Assembly (NCBI GenBank): GCA_050575255.1 | Contig: JBNZDD010013511.1 | Span: 14,091-78,090, forward strand | Length of the DNA: 64,000 nt | Source of the DNA: Harriotta raleighana | Lineage: Eukaryota | Direction of reading: 5' to 3' | Shown here: positions 46,401-59,000 of the stretch, piece by piece | Position numbering within the stretch: the first letter of the stretch is position 1 | Layout: every line of letters starts with the position of its first letter | Position numbers and translations under genes: made by a program | The notes under the pieces: generated by a model | Seen by the model: the letters and a program-made list of their open reading frames with translations, nothing else | What the model was told of the DNA's origin: nothing | Databases searched by the model: none

Positions 46401-49164
46401 AGTTGAATGTTTTTTTTTAAAATTCTCAGATGCTTTTGATAATGATCTTACATTGAAAACACTGAAAGACATTTTGGATGGAAAGACCGTTAAGGTTCCT
46501 ACGTACGATTTTGTCACCAACTCTAGGTAGGAAGCCATTTCTTTACGCCATCCAAACAGGTACAAAATGTTAGGCAAATGTTCTGAGCTAGGCATGAAAA
46601 ACGCTATATAATAATAGTAGAATAATAATCCTTGCATTTGATATAGTGCCTTTATCACTACGCTTCACAGAATATCCTGTAAAGTGAATTTTTGGGAGGG
46701 ATTATTATTAGGCATGTGTGTGGGGTAAGGAAACTTGCCCAAGGTTTTGCGTTGACCTGCCTGGAATTGAACCCAAATCAAATGCAAGGATTATTATTAT
46801 TTTTATTCTTGTGTTAGGAAGCGGACTGGAGGCTCCTATTTTCTGGAAGAGATTGTTTGATGACCAGTCCCATTCCTTTGCAAAATCAATCTCCTGCATT
46901 CATTCACCGTAGTCATTAGACTAAAATGATGTGTAAAATTATGTGTAAAATGTATAAAATACTGCTTTAATACAATATAGTGATTATATATTATTTTATA
47001 TGTGTGCTGCACTGACCAGCAATAAGGTTTTTGTAACAGTGGTGTTGTTTGAAACCCTAGGTTAGCAGAAACCGTGACTGTGTACCCAGCAGATGTGGTT
47101 CTGTTTGAGGGAATCCTGGTGTTTTACAATCAGGTGATCCGAGACCTGTTCCAGCTGAAGCTGTTTGTCGACACGGACTCGGATGTACGTCTTTCACGCA
47201 GAGGTAAGTAAATAAAGCTAAACTACAACTGAAGGAGCTCTAACTCTCCTGATATTATTCATGTTCACTATTGGATATTGTACTGATTTAATATTGGTCA
47301 TTTCAATCCGCGACTGTTTGTGGGGACGCTGCTGTTTGGCCCACAAAATATGCAGTCGATTCACCTTGCAGCATATTCTGTGAAGCGCTTTGACACATCT
47401 AGAAGTCGGGAAAAGCGCGATATCAAATGCAAGGATTATTAGATACCCACCATGCTTTATAATTATAATATGAATAGATAACAGTATTTGAAGCGGGAAT
47501 GGGGGTAGTCCCGTTTGATTTGTTGAGAAGTGGGGAGTCTGAAATTCTTTTCCCCTGACTGTTTCAGTGCTCCGGGATATGAAGCGAGGCAGAGACTTGG
47601 AACAAATTCTGACTCAGTACACAACGTTTGTAAAGCCGGCATTTGAGGAGTTCTGCTTACCGGTAAGTCAGCTTTGAATCTCTCTCAAACACCAACTTCC
47701 ATTAATTATGTCCACCTTGTGTTAAAATCATCGTCCATCAGGGTTTATGATGATAATAATAATAATCCTGGCATTTGGTACAACGCTTTTCACGTCTTCC
47801 AGACGTCTCACAAAGCGCTTCACGGAATATACTGTAAAGTTCTGGAATGAGATCACTATTGATTGTGGTTTAATGTGAAGAGGGAGGAATAAAAAGTCAC
47901 CACATTAGTTCTGAAGAATTGATTCTTGTTTAAAGCTGTTTGGTTAACTTATTTTCAGACAAAGAAATATGCAGATGTCATTATTCCCCGGGGAGTTGAT
48001 AATATGGGTAAGTTTTTTGTTTGTTTTTTGCACTTAGGGGGGTGGAGAGGTAATTTGTATGTCTTTACTTAGGGTTGGGTTGACTTTACATGCCTGGTTG
48101 AGGGGAACAGTTTGTACAACTGCTTTCCCTCTGTAGATAACAATATCTACATTATGCAGAATTAGAACCCTCATCAACAAATCCGGAAAGGGAAGGAGGC
48201 AAATGCTCAATGATAGCTCACGTTGGGATTTTAACTCGTGAAAGACAGAGAGAGAAACAGCAGTCAGCCATTTGCTCCATTTCTCTTATTTTACGAACAG
48301 CATTTGCTAAATTTCTCTTATTTTACTGGAATTACGGTAGATGTTTTCATTCCCATTCCTTTGCCTTGTGGCCCCATCAGTAACCTTACTCTCTCTGTCT
48401 CTCTTTTAAATTCAGATAAATTGTCTCAATTAATTCAGAACCTTTAGCCCTCGTGAGATATTGCATTTCAGTCACTCTGCTCTTGGAAGAAATGGTTTCA
48501 CTTCATCTGTAAACGATTGTAGCCCATAGTTTTAAAATTATGGTTTCTTGTTTTACCAGCAGAGATGTCTTTTTAACATAATAATAATAATCTCTGCATT
48601 TGATATAGCGCTTTTCATGTCTTCTAGATGATCAAAGTGCTTCTTTCAATATACTTTCAAGTGAATTGACTGTATTTTAAAACTTCAGTATTTTACCCAC
48701 TTAAATCTCCTCCACTCTGAGTTTTACCCTGCCTCTGATCCAAGGTAAATCCTTTAATCCCAGATATTCATCTCGTAAAATTATCTCCGTCCTGTCCTTC
48801 AAATATACACGACTCATTATTAATGCTGCCCGATTTAGATACAGTTGGAAATACATTTTAGAATCCCTGTTAATACCTCAACAAGGTAACTTGAGGTAAG
48901 AGCTGTTTGAGAGAGCGCCAGAGCAGGGGGGACTTGTGCTTAAAGGAATCCAAGTTTAAAAAGACGTTTTGTTTCTGTTCAGTGGCGATTAACTTGATTG
49001 TGCAGCACATACAAGACATTTCAAACAGAGAGGTTGGTAAGCGACAGCGTGGAGCCATGAACGGACAGAGCAAGCCACAGAAACGCCCCTCGTCAGATCA
49101 CGTGGATAGTGCAATCAATACAAGCAAGCGGGCCCTACTGGAACCCAGCAGCCGTCCTCACTGA
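43333..49164 (+). CDS. UCK1: Uridine-cytidine kinase 1, 7 coding exons, 265 aa
   Basis: Exons 43333-43404, 46140-46299, 46430-46526, 47061-47203, 47568-47662, 47959-48007 and 48983-49164 sum to 798 nt. P-loop [32 protein letters not shown] and C-terminal SSRPH*. Tail-to-tail with POMT1, like human UCK1. Confidence 0.95.
43420..44406. repeat. CA-rich low-complexity/microsatellite block in UCK1 intron 1
   Basis: (CA)/(CAGA) degenerate repeats, partly duplicated around Ns at 43734, 44054 and 44127. Confidence 0.9.
44637..44970 (+). mobile_element. tRNA-derived SINE, full length
   Basis: A/B boxes, body and tail. Confidence 0.85.
45305..45633 (-). mobile_element. tRNA-derived SINE, full length
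   Basis: Reverse complement of consensus. Confidence 0.85.
46140..46299 (+). CDS. UCK1: UCK1 exon 2 ([14 protein letters not shown]...YNFDHP)
   Basis: AG/GT bounded, 160 nt. Confidence 0.95.
46430..46526 (+). CDS. UCK1: UCK1 exon 3 (DAFDNDL...[10 protein letters not shown])
   Basis: AG/GT bounded, 97 nt. Confidence 0.95.
47061..47203 (+). CDS. UCK1: UCK1 exon 4 ([19 protein letters not shown]...DSDVRLSRR)
   Basis: AG/GT bounded, 143 nt. Confidence 0.95.
47568..47662 (+). CDS. UCK1: UCK1 exon 5 ([32 protein letters not shown])
   Basis: AG/GT bounded, 95 nt. Confidence 0.95.
47959..48007 (+). CDS. UCK1: UCK1 exon 6 ([16 protein letters not shown])
   Basis: AG/GT bounded, 49 nt. Confidence 0.95.
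48983..49164 (+). CDS. UCK1: UCK1 exon 7 ([13 protein letters not shown]...LLEPSSRPH*)
   Basis: ttcag| acceptor, TGA stop. Confidence 0.95.
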
Positions 49165-50671
49165 GCAACAGTAAACCCACCCCACCTCCCACACTCCTCC
49201 CACCCACAATTTCCAAATGCCAATGTTATTTCATAGGAGCCAAGAGCGAAAACAGAACGAAGGAAGATTTGTGTCGTCCCCCTTTTAAAGACCGTTCCTC
49301 CCGCAGATTAGTCTCGTTGTGGACCCTGCCCAATCAATTTCAGTTCGTCAGGAAAGAACTGGAATATCTCTCCCTGAAGGTAAATCAAATGAATCTGTGA
49401 CATGCAATGCTTGACTCTCCTTGCACTGTATATGATTTGCCTTCGTCAGTCACCCCGATGTTTCCAATCACTTTCAACCAGCGTTATTTACTGGATTTCT
49501 ATGTGCAACCTTCAATCCTGTTGCAAACTATTTAATTATCCTTCCTCCTTCCATCTCTTTTGTTCCAAAAAAATTCTAAAGCACTAAATGACACTCATAT
49601 CACTCATCCAGAACTCTGCATGTGTGGTTCTGTGAGTGGGGTGAGAAAATAGACAAATCCTCTTAATCTCTTCTTTGTAGCTCATTAATCTTGTATAATC
49701 ATAATTATAATCCTTGCATTTGATATTGCGCTTTTACACGTCTTCTAGACGTCTCAAAGCGCTTTGAGACGACAAAAGTGATATATTAAATTATATCAAA
49801 GTTTTATTATTACCATCGAGGCCAGTAGCTTGATGTTTAAAACTCACCTTGATGCAGTCGAGGTTAAACTTAGAATTGGGTATTTTTCATCCAAACCTCT
49901 TGTAATTTCGTAAAGAAAAAGCCTGGGAACAACCACTAGACAATGTTTTACTATCATACATCAGGCTTAAGTGACAAGGTGCAATATGCACCTGTAAAGA
50001 AATTAAATCAGAAAAGTTATTTATCGTCTTCATTTTTTAAAAAAGGGTGGAAGGCTGGATCAGAGAACATGGGCTAGCTGAGTTTGAGACACAGAATCAA
50101 TCACTTTTTCAGCTTTTTTTTTGCCCCCACCCACCCCCAGTGTTTTGGGGAGAGTGAGATACAGGGATGAAAGTTTAAATGCAATCAAAACAGTTAAACC
50201 AGGTTTTGATTGGAAATCTAGCACCTGATGGTTAAGACAGTGTCACAGGTTTGTACTATAAATGTTTTTTTTAATCTTGGTTCATAGTTCTAGAAAAATC
50301 TACGTTCAGATAAAATCACGCCCTCTCAAAGTGAGAAAACATCATCAGTGTTCATTCACTTGGTGACGAACCTAATTTTGTAATAGAATAATGGGACTTC
50401 TTCCTAGCATAGCTGCAGTGTAACTGTGATATAGAACCTGCTTTAGAGTTAGCAGAGTCTTGGTTATTTTAGTTAGCATTTTCGTTTGACTCATATGGAG
50501 TATAAACACCAGCACAGCCTGGTTAAGAGGTTGCATTCCTCTGCAATTCAATCACGAAGAAAAACAAGGCTGTCCCGAAGGCAAATACAGTAATTGCTAA
50601 TTGTTTCCTATGTGTGAATTTAATGTACTGTACATCACATGAAGCGAACTTCAGTTTCCATTTACTTACTT

Positions 50672-50915
50672 AATAATAATAATCCTTGCATTTGATATAG
50701 CTCTTTTCACGTCTTCTAGACGTCTCAAAGCACTTCACAGAATATACTGTAAAGTGAATTGACTGTATTTGTGGGCGAAATGCGGCAGCCAATTGCGCAC
50801 AGCAGCGTCCGCCACAAACAGTCGTGGATTGAAATGAACAATTTTTATTATTGTGGGGTTTTTATTGGACAGAATATTATTAGGCGTGTGGAGTAAGGAA
50901 ACTTGCTGAAGGTTC
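50672..50915 (-). mobile_element. SINE, 5'-truncated, between UCK1 and POMT1 stops
   Basis: Near-consensus body and tail. Confidence 0.85.
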
Positions 50916-52380
50916 TAACTTTACTTGAACGGGAAGTGAACTTACTGTGACTTGGAAGCAAATGTCAAACTGAGAAGCAGGCTGCACGTGAGCCATATCT
51001 TTGATCTGCGAAAGTGATCGAGCGGGTTGTCAGCTTCACTGCTGCTTTCTTGATCCAAATAGCTGAGTCCCTGTCAATGATTTGCCACAAGATGTTGTGA
51101 ACCAGTTTTGACAAAAATGTGACGTGATTAGTTAAGCTCCACTTTGTACATTTCCACTCCACATTTCTGCTCCCTCAACACACACTTATTCCAAACATAC
51201 AATCACAATAAAAGCATGACCAGCGTATTTTTTCAGAGAATAAACTTTATAAAGAAAATTGTCAGTCTCCGTACCTCTGCAGTTAGTTTAACAGGTCTAT
51301 TTTGCCAACTGGTAATAAATCTCTGATACACAGATATGTCCTTAAAAAGTACTAACCTTAATTTTGTGTAGAATCTATGCAAAGAGGTATTGTTTTTAAA
51401 AATCAACCTATTCATACTTTGTCTCAGTTTTGACAGTTGAGCATGTTCTAGATAGAAATTGTTAAATCTTGTAAAGGAAATAAAAATTTCACTGAAGTAC
51501 GGAATAGAAATTGGTGTGTTTCAAAGGCAACACGTACTATTCAACGTGTGGCCATCCTGCCCTGTTATGTGCTGGTAAATAATCAAGTGAACTAAACATC
51601 GACTTGAACGTCTTAATCCCAATAGCTGCTGCAAGAATGAACCTGTTCGAACGAGAATGTAAATCTTGACTTGTGATACCACTTTGCACTGATGCCTCCA
51701 CGGTCGGCCTTGTTGTTAAGACTAAAATGTTACCAACCCCATTTCTATGTCTAATGATAATTGGCAACGACCTTACCAGGAATAGAGTGGATGTTCTCTG
51801 GTGATTTCCAGTGAACACCTTCATTTAGATTTCATTCTAAGATAGTTGCATTTCACAAATTTTGTATTCCTGATTCTATAATGGTTTGCTTAAAATGCAC
51901 AGTAATGTTTGAGCCAAAAAAAAACAGATCACTTAAGATTAGAGCAGCAGGAAACCATGAGCATAACTGACTTTTTTTTAACCTCTCAGTGCTCAAATAG
52001 TTATTTTTCAGGACATAATGTTGAGGTGAAAGCGTTCATATTCTCGGTGTTTAAAGGCACAACAGGACTGAACGAGTTGATCGCTCAAGAAACAGAAGCC
52101 CCCTTTACAAATGTACAGGCCTCCTTTAGAGAAAAATCCAATGTCATATTTTCCTTGTTAAATTCAAGCATACAACCTACTTTTCCTTCCATAAAGTTTC
52201 TAGGTTGTTTGACTATGGTACTGGCCAGTTCTGGCTATGGATGTCTTTCCATAGGCATTTGTGCAGTATTAGCCTGCAAGATTTCTTAACAGCTGAACAC
52301 TGTCAAATTTTCCTCTTAAAAACCTGATATTGCCTGTCAGGTTTAGTTGAAAGTTTCTGTTCCAACAAATCTTTTCAAAG

Positions 52381-52386
52381 TTTATT
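52381..52386 (-). terminator. Candidate POMT1 polyadenylation signal
   Basis: AATAAA on - strand about 440 nt after the POMT1 stop. Confidence 0.35.
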
Positions 52387-52828
52387 ACAACTTGGCTTAA
52401 AACACTAGTTATAATAAGAAGAAGATTAACCGTTTGGCCTTGATTATGTTACAGGAATATTATTAATCTCATGTAAACAGCAAAGATATGTTCTCATCAA
52501 AGTGGACGATGGAAGAATTTACTGCGTGTGTCCACATTCGGAGAGATAGGACACGTCAAGTACACTTGGCGAGCTTGCAAACGCATAAATTTACAATGTC
52601 ACCTCTGGCCCAGTTTCACAATGACAACATATCCTCCACTATGACTTTCATTGAGTCGACTGTCAAGTCTTTTTTCTGCTGAATGATATTAGTGTAAACC
52701 AGTTAAAAATGTAACCACGCATCTTTAAAGTGCTTGCCATTCTATACTCCAAGCTCACTCTGATCCTGGAGACGTTCCCTAATACCATTTTCCGCTTTGT
52801 GCCTCCTTGTCATCAGCCACTGCGTCTG

Positions 52829-53003
52829 TTACCGCTTGCGTATGAGAATGTCCCAGTTTTCCTTCCAGCGCAATGCCTTTAACTCCGCAGCCGAAAGAGG
52901 TGGGAATCCGTACGTCAGGGGGCTGAAGGTCTGATACGCCATGTAGACAGAGGAGATCCAGGCCACCAACAGGGCATTGAAGGTATTTCTGAGAACAGCA
53001 GAC
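52829..53003 (-). CDS. POMT1: POMT1 last exon ([15 protein letters not shown]...[14 protein letters not shown])
   Basis: ttag| acceptor, TAA stop. Confidence 0.94.
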
Positions 53004-56000
53004 CTAAAATGGCCAACAGAAGATGTTCAAACATTTCACAACAGTCAAAACATGAATAAATACATCAGCTCTGCACGGGTAGGTCTTAACTCATGATGAA
53101 AGATTTGCTGGAGCTGATTACAATAATTATAACAATAATCCTTGCATTTGATACAGCGCTTTTCACGTCTTCTAGATGTCTCAAAGCGCTTCACAGAATA
53201 TCCCGTAAAGTAAAGTATATGTGTGGGCAAAATGCAGCAGCCAATTGCACACAGTAGTGGATTGAACTGACCAATTATTATTTTTGGACAGATTAGGCGT
53301 GGGGGGGTAAGGAAACTTGCTCAAGTTCCCTGACCTCTCTGGAATTGAACTCAGGTCTCTCATTTGTAAGGCAATTGGTCTAACCACTGAGCTTCCTTAT
53401 ACAATTTTATATACTATATTGAGAATGTCTCCAACCCACTTCACGGGATTACTGAACAGTGGAGTGACTGTGTATTTTGTAGGCGTACTTGGCAGTGTGG
53501 AACATTCATCATTGGAAGTATTCTGAAAAGGTTTCCCCTCAGAAATTATATCACCAGAAGCTGCAGTCTCACCTCCACACAGGGCAGTGTCTCAGAACGC
53601 TAACAGAGTCAAAGTCTGACTCCAAGCCTGGGGGGGCTGGCCAGGGTCGAAGAGGAAGGTGTTCAGGTGGGACTTGAAGAATGAGAGAGAGGCCTATGTA
53701 CAATAATAATAATACATGTATACAATAGCCTATTTGAAGGGGTGCTGGAAGATGAACAGTTGGAAGAATTACTAAATATAATTTGAAATATTTTGGACAA
53801 TTTGTTACATTTCGCTGGTGTAAAACAATTTGTCACATACCAGAGGACCTCATCATGGACGTGCTGAAGCACTATAGGTAAGAGGATGATTTTGAAGGTC
53901 AGGGCAGGTATGTAGTGATACAGGAACAAAGTTTTCTCCATGAGAAAGAAAGGCAGGTAATTAACAGTCCATCCTCCAACGCAGACAGCTCCTGCCAGAA
54001 CCAATCGCGCCCAGGAATCTGACAAAGAGATGATATGAAATACAATGTAATTAATGATAATTATCAGCAGTGTCACTTGAAACATTGAGATTGTAAGTAA
54101 ATGTTCTCCATTTAGCTGTAGTTTTATGCACTACTTTAGCACTAACAAAACATCTGTGCATTTATTACAATTCTTCACGTTGGGAAGACGCTTCAAAGCG
54201 CTTTACAGAATTTACTGTAAAAAGTGGAGCAACTTTACTGCATATCCTGCAGATGGATGTGGCTTCCACAACACTGTCCATCATCAGCCAGATTCGGACA
54301 TGGGGACACAAGAAGCAAGAACTCTACTACCTACTGCTTCAGGCTGACACTTCCAAAAGCGCACAACCTCAATAGTGCTCAACTTCTCAGACCTGTTGAG
54401 GCCACAGTTTACGCTCCGTTGATATATTAAGGGACCAGGTGGATCAAAATGATTTTTTTAATACTGAAACGAAACAAACAGAAATGAGAGTGACAGTAAT
54501 TGTTTGGTTATGTGGTAGAGGAGGGCACTACCAATCGATACTGTGCTCTAACAACATCATTGTTTTTTTAAAAAATATCAATACATATTTTTACAAGGAA
54601 AAGTACCTTCGGAGATGGAGTAAATTCTTCTCCTGCGTCTCAGCAGATACCAGAGGTAAAATACAGTGTAAACCACAATTCCAATAGTTGCTGATGACCA
54701 CGTCACTGCATTTCCAATCAGTTGTATCTGCGCCTGCGGATACAAAATTGTATTCCTTGAATTTGATAATCACATAATCGAGGTGTTCCACAGGAATCCT
54801 TGTACAGTCGAATTATTATTTTCTGTGGGCGAACGAGGTAGCTAATTTGCACACAGCAAGGCCCCTTGAACAGCTACAAAGTGAACGACCAATTTTATCT
54901 TGTTTGTCAACCTGTTTGGATGTTAAAGAGCCCATGGTATTTGAAAAGACAGAGCAGATCTTGACTCAACTATTATGAATAGAGATGAGGCATTTTCCAT
55001 TGTTTGAGGGTAAAATGTGGAATAAAATTGACCCAAGCAGCACAAATATTTACCCATCACCTTTTTAGCTTTAATAATAATAATCCTTGCATTTAATATA
55101 GAGCTTTATCATGTCTTTGAGACATATCAAAGCTCTTCATAGAATATGCTGTAAAGTGCAGTTTGTGGGCAAAAGCCTCTTTGAAAGAGTTCCAGCACAT
55201 GAAAAGGATAAAATATTTCTTAAAAACTCAGTAAAGTGTGTGTGTGTGTGTGTATATAATATATATACACATATCTACATACATTTGAGGAGGAATGGAG
55301 CCAATAAGCGATATTGGTATCCATGCATATCCACTCCAGAGGAGAGGAGCTGTACTTGTGCTCAGTCTCTTCATTCTTCAACATCAACATTTTAACCTGA
55401 CAAAAAAACAAAAAACAAATGCATGTTAAAACTACAGATATTTTATAACCTTAGTCAAAATGTTTTCTTGGAGATTCACCTCTTGTACGTGGAGGTAGTA
55501 AAGCGAGATCTGGGTTAGATTCCAGGCAGGGCAAAATCTTGGGCAAGTTTCCTTACCCCACACGCCTAATAATAATCCTTTGAAAAAAAACAATAATAAA
55601 TTAAGACATTTCAATCCATGACTGTTTGTGTGGAGACTGCTGTGCATAATTGGCTGCCGCATTTCACCCATAAATATAGTCAATTCACTTTACAGCAAAT
55701 TCTGTGAAGTGCTTTGAGACATCTAGAAGACGTGAAAAGCGCTATATCAAATGCAAGGATTATTATTATTTGAGAGTGACCTTGCCAAAGTGCTCTACAA
55801 GATGACAAACTAGATTTTTAATGCTTCTGCATTATTGGATAGTTTCTCTTGGTGAAGAGTGTTGGACTTGAAAATAATTGATCAAACTGCTAAATCAGTC
55901 AACCTAACATTGCAACATTCTCTTCCCCCCCCCCCCCCACATCCATTGAAAATGTCAGTAAAGTTAAATCAGGCTGCTGAAGTACAGCTTCAGATGAGTG

Positions 56001-59000
56001 ATAATTCACCCCATAGAGTTAGAAAAATGACAATCAGTGCATCAGTTTTGGACAGTTTATACTTGATAGAAAAACTGTGTGGTAGTTGGCAGGTTTAGAG
56101 GAATTACATTCTATCCAAAAAAACAACACTTTTACAATGACTTCCTAAATCTAACATGCTTACAGGTAGTTTATTGGAAATACTCGCTAGATTTACTTTA
56201 CTGGTAAATTTGCAGTTTGAAGAGCACATGTAATACATCATAAAAACAATCGGGTGAATTTTTTTTTGTTTTTATTGTTAATAACTAGGATTTATTAACC
56301 CTAGTTAATTGTACTCAACATTCTGAATGTTCAATGTTTTGTCCAAACTACTATACTGTACATAATCCTTGCATTTGATATAGTGCTTTTCAAAGTGTTT
56401 CACATAAGTAAATTGTAAAGTGAATTGACTGTATATTTGTGGGCAAAATGAATGTACAAAAGTCCACAACTGCAAACTTTGGTTTGGGCTGCAAACTTAT
56501 GTGTATGACTTACTTGCAATTCCAAGAATTTAGCTATGAAACTGATGTTCTTGCTGAAATCCATCTGTGGTGGAGTTTGAAGCTCCAGCTCTCTCTCCTT
56601 CTGTTCCTCACCTGTGTGTGAAATGGAAAAAAAGGAAAATGTGTTAAATACCCAAATGATTGTGAAGCAAAAGAACACGTGAAAGAGTCAAAACGGTCAT
56701 GAAAACATTCAAGAAGCATCATTCTAACATTTGTAATCAGAAAACAATTTCATATCTGGAAAGCAATAGAGTCCTTGGACAGAATGAAAGCCAATATCTA
56801 ATCGGAGTCTAGGCTTTCAATCTGGCAGGCTGGCATTCACACAATGTATTAGTCCTCAAGAGTATCTAGTGTAGGTTGCAGCTAACAAGCAATTTGTCGA
56901 GTTCCCATATAATCTCCAGTCTTTTCACACGACCAGCTTCTGATAAAGGAATACACACACAATGCACAGTCTAATAAATACATCTGATGGGGAAGAGATT
57001 CCTGTCTTCAAAGCAGCACTATTTTCTGTTACTGCAGGCTGAATATACAACATTTAACTTATTCCAGGTAAGCAACTCATTGTTCCTAAAGCTGTACAAA
57101 TCCTGATTCAAGAGAGAGAAAAATAATAAAAGTGTTGAACTGCTACAAAGGCTTGGAGGGTTCCCCATCTAGTCCAACGCACAATTCACAAGGAGTCTTA
57201 CTTTTGCCATAACGATGCTCCTCCACATTCCACGCCATGTTCTGGTGATACATGTTTGACGTTTTATCTCCAATAATCTCCAGTTGATGAAAGCCCCATT
57301 CGGGCAGAGCAGTGCTGCTCAGCTACAAGGGAAAACAGAAATCGCACATCATAGCAACCCTTACAGTTGATGGGAAAGACAAGTAAGATGTCATTTTCTC
57401 CTCTTTTACCTCCCCCACCACCCCCATCACATTCTACAATAACCCGTGAGGACGCAGTAACAGTGTCTTGTAATCGGTTACCTTCAATAAGGCGGATGTA
57501 TTCACGTGCACAAACTTCACTTCTGATAAGATAGTTTTCCACCCTTCGGTTTGAGATTTGCGATTGACAATTTCCTGGAAAACGCACAATTAATGAACAA
57601 TTAACTTATAGTGGGGGGATGTGGGGAGGGGAATATTTATACTAAAGGTAGCATCGAAATTGCGAATCCAACCATGTTGAGGATTCTCACTTCTCAACTG
57701 CACAAAAAAAATCATTCAGCAAATAATAGGCTTTATTATATCTTGAATTTATATATAAAACGTTTGAGAATCTAGAGTCAAACCCTCTGATACGCACCAC
57801 TTTCCAGAGATTCTGTGCTGGCATCGAGATGTTGTAATCGATGTAACACGACACTTCCTGGGAGTGAGGGCTCATAGGAGCTGCAACATCATGCCTGAAA
57901 AACAAATGCCATCATTGACAATAATAACTATTTGCAATAATTGATTTGAATCTTTCAATCTGATCAACCTGACAGACACTAACAGTCTCTGAAGCATATG
58001 TAGTTAACCATTCTGAGAGAAGCTTTCAATGGTCCCTCAGCCTTCATTCTGAGGGAAGCCTTCAATGTGTGCATCCTGCCATGGAGTTCTCATTAATATA
58101 ACTTTCCTTACATGGTTGCATTCTCCGTAGACTTGGGAGTAGTGGTGTTGTGTGTGTATGTGTCTGTCTGTCTTGGGACGGAATCCCGATGTGAAGGACG
58201 CTCTACAAATACAATTTTGTTTTTGTTGTTGTTCTAGTAACAAAGATTTATTCCTAAAAAGGTGGGACAACTCAGATCAATAGATCGATCAGCCTCCTGT
58301 GCTGTATAAAACTTAGCGCAAGTGAGTGAGGTATTCTACATACGAGTTGAGATAACGTGCTGTCATCCCATGAACCAACTGCACAACGTCACCGTGTCGA
58401 ATTGGGCGAGGTGGGTTACTGACAACCAGCTCCTGTCTGCCAGTAAAAAGGAGATGACAATCAGAGTACCAGCATAGCTTATACTAAGAAAAACAACAGC
58501 AACAACATGTTAGCTCTGAAATAAAACAACAGGTCATCGACTGGAAACATTGAATCATTCTCCTCTCTCCATAGATGCTGCAGGAATCCAGACTTTAGTT
58601 TTATTTCGGATTTCCAGTATCTGCAGTATTTTGCCTTTAGTTTAACATAATCGCTCTGTCTGGAGAGGGCCGAGATATGGTTGAGATACCAGACTCAACA
58701 GACAGTTAAATTTACCAGGCGGAAATATAGCGCCTTTCACGTTGGGAGGACGAATGTGAAGCATCTGGAGACATCCTCCTGACATGAAAGGCACTTTGTC
58801 GAATGTAAGAATTCTTTACTTTAAAAGTTTAGCAAACCACTGAAGCCTGTATATAAACAGGTGGTGAAGACGAGAGGGGAGACAACTGCTACTTGGCATA
58901 ACACCTATTTGTGGAGTTCAATCGTACCAAATGCAGAAAACATTCGCCTTATTTCAGTCAAATAACCCTCATCTTCATTGGTATTTTAGTATATGTGCTG

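Noticed and set aside
51537-52682. ORFs of 64-126 aa between UCK1 and POMT1
   Set aside because: No recognisable motifs or splice structure; consistent with 3' UTR sequence
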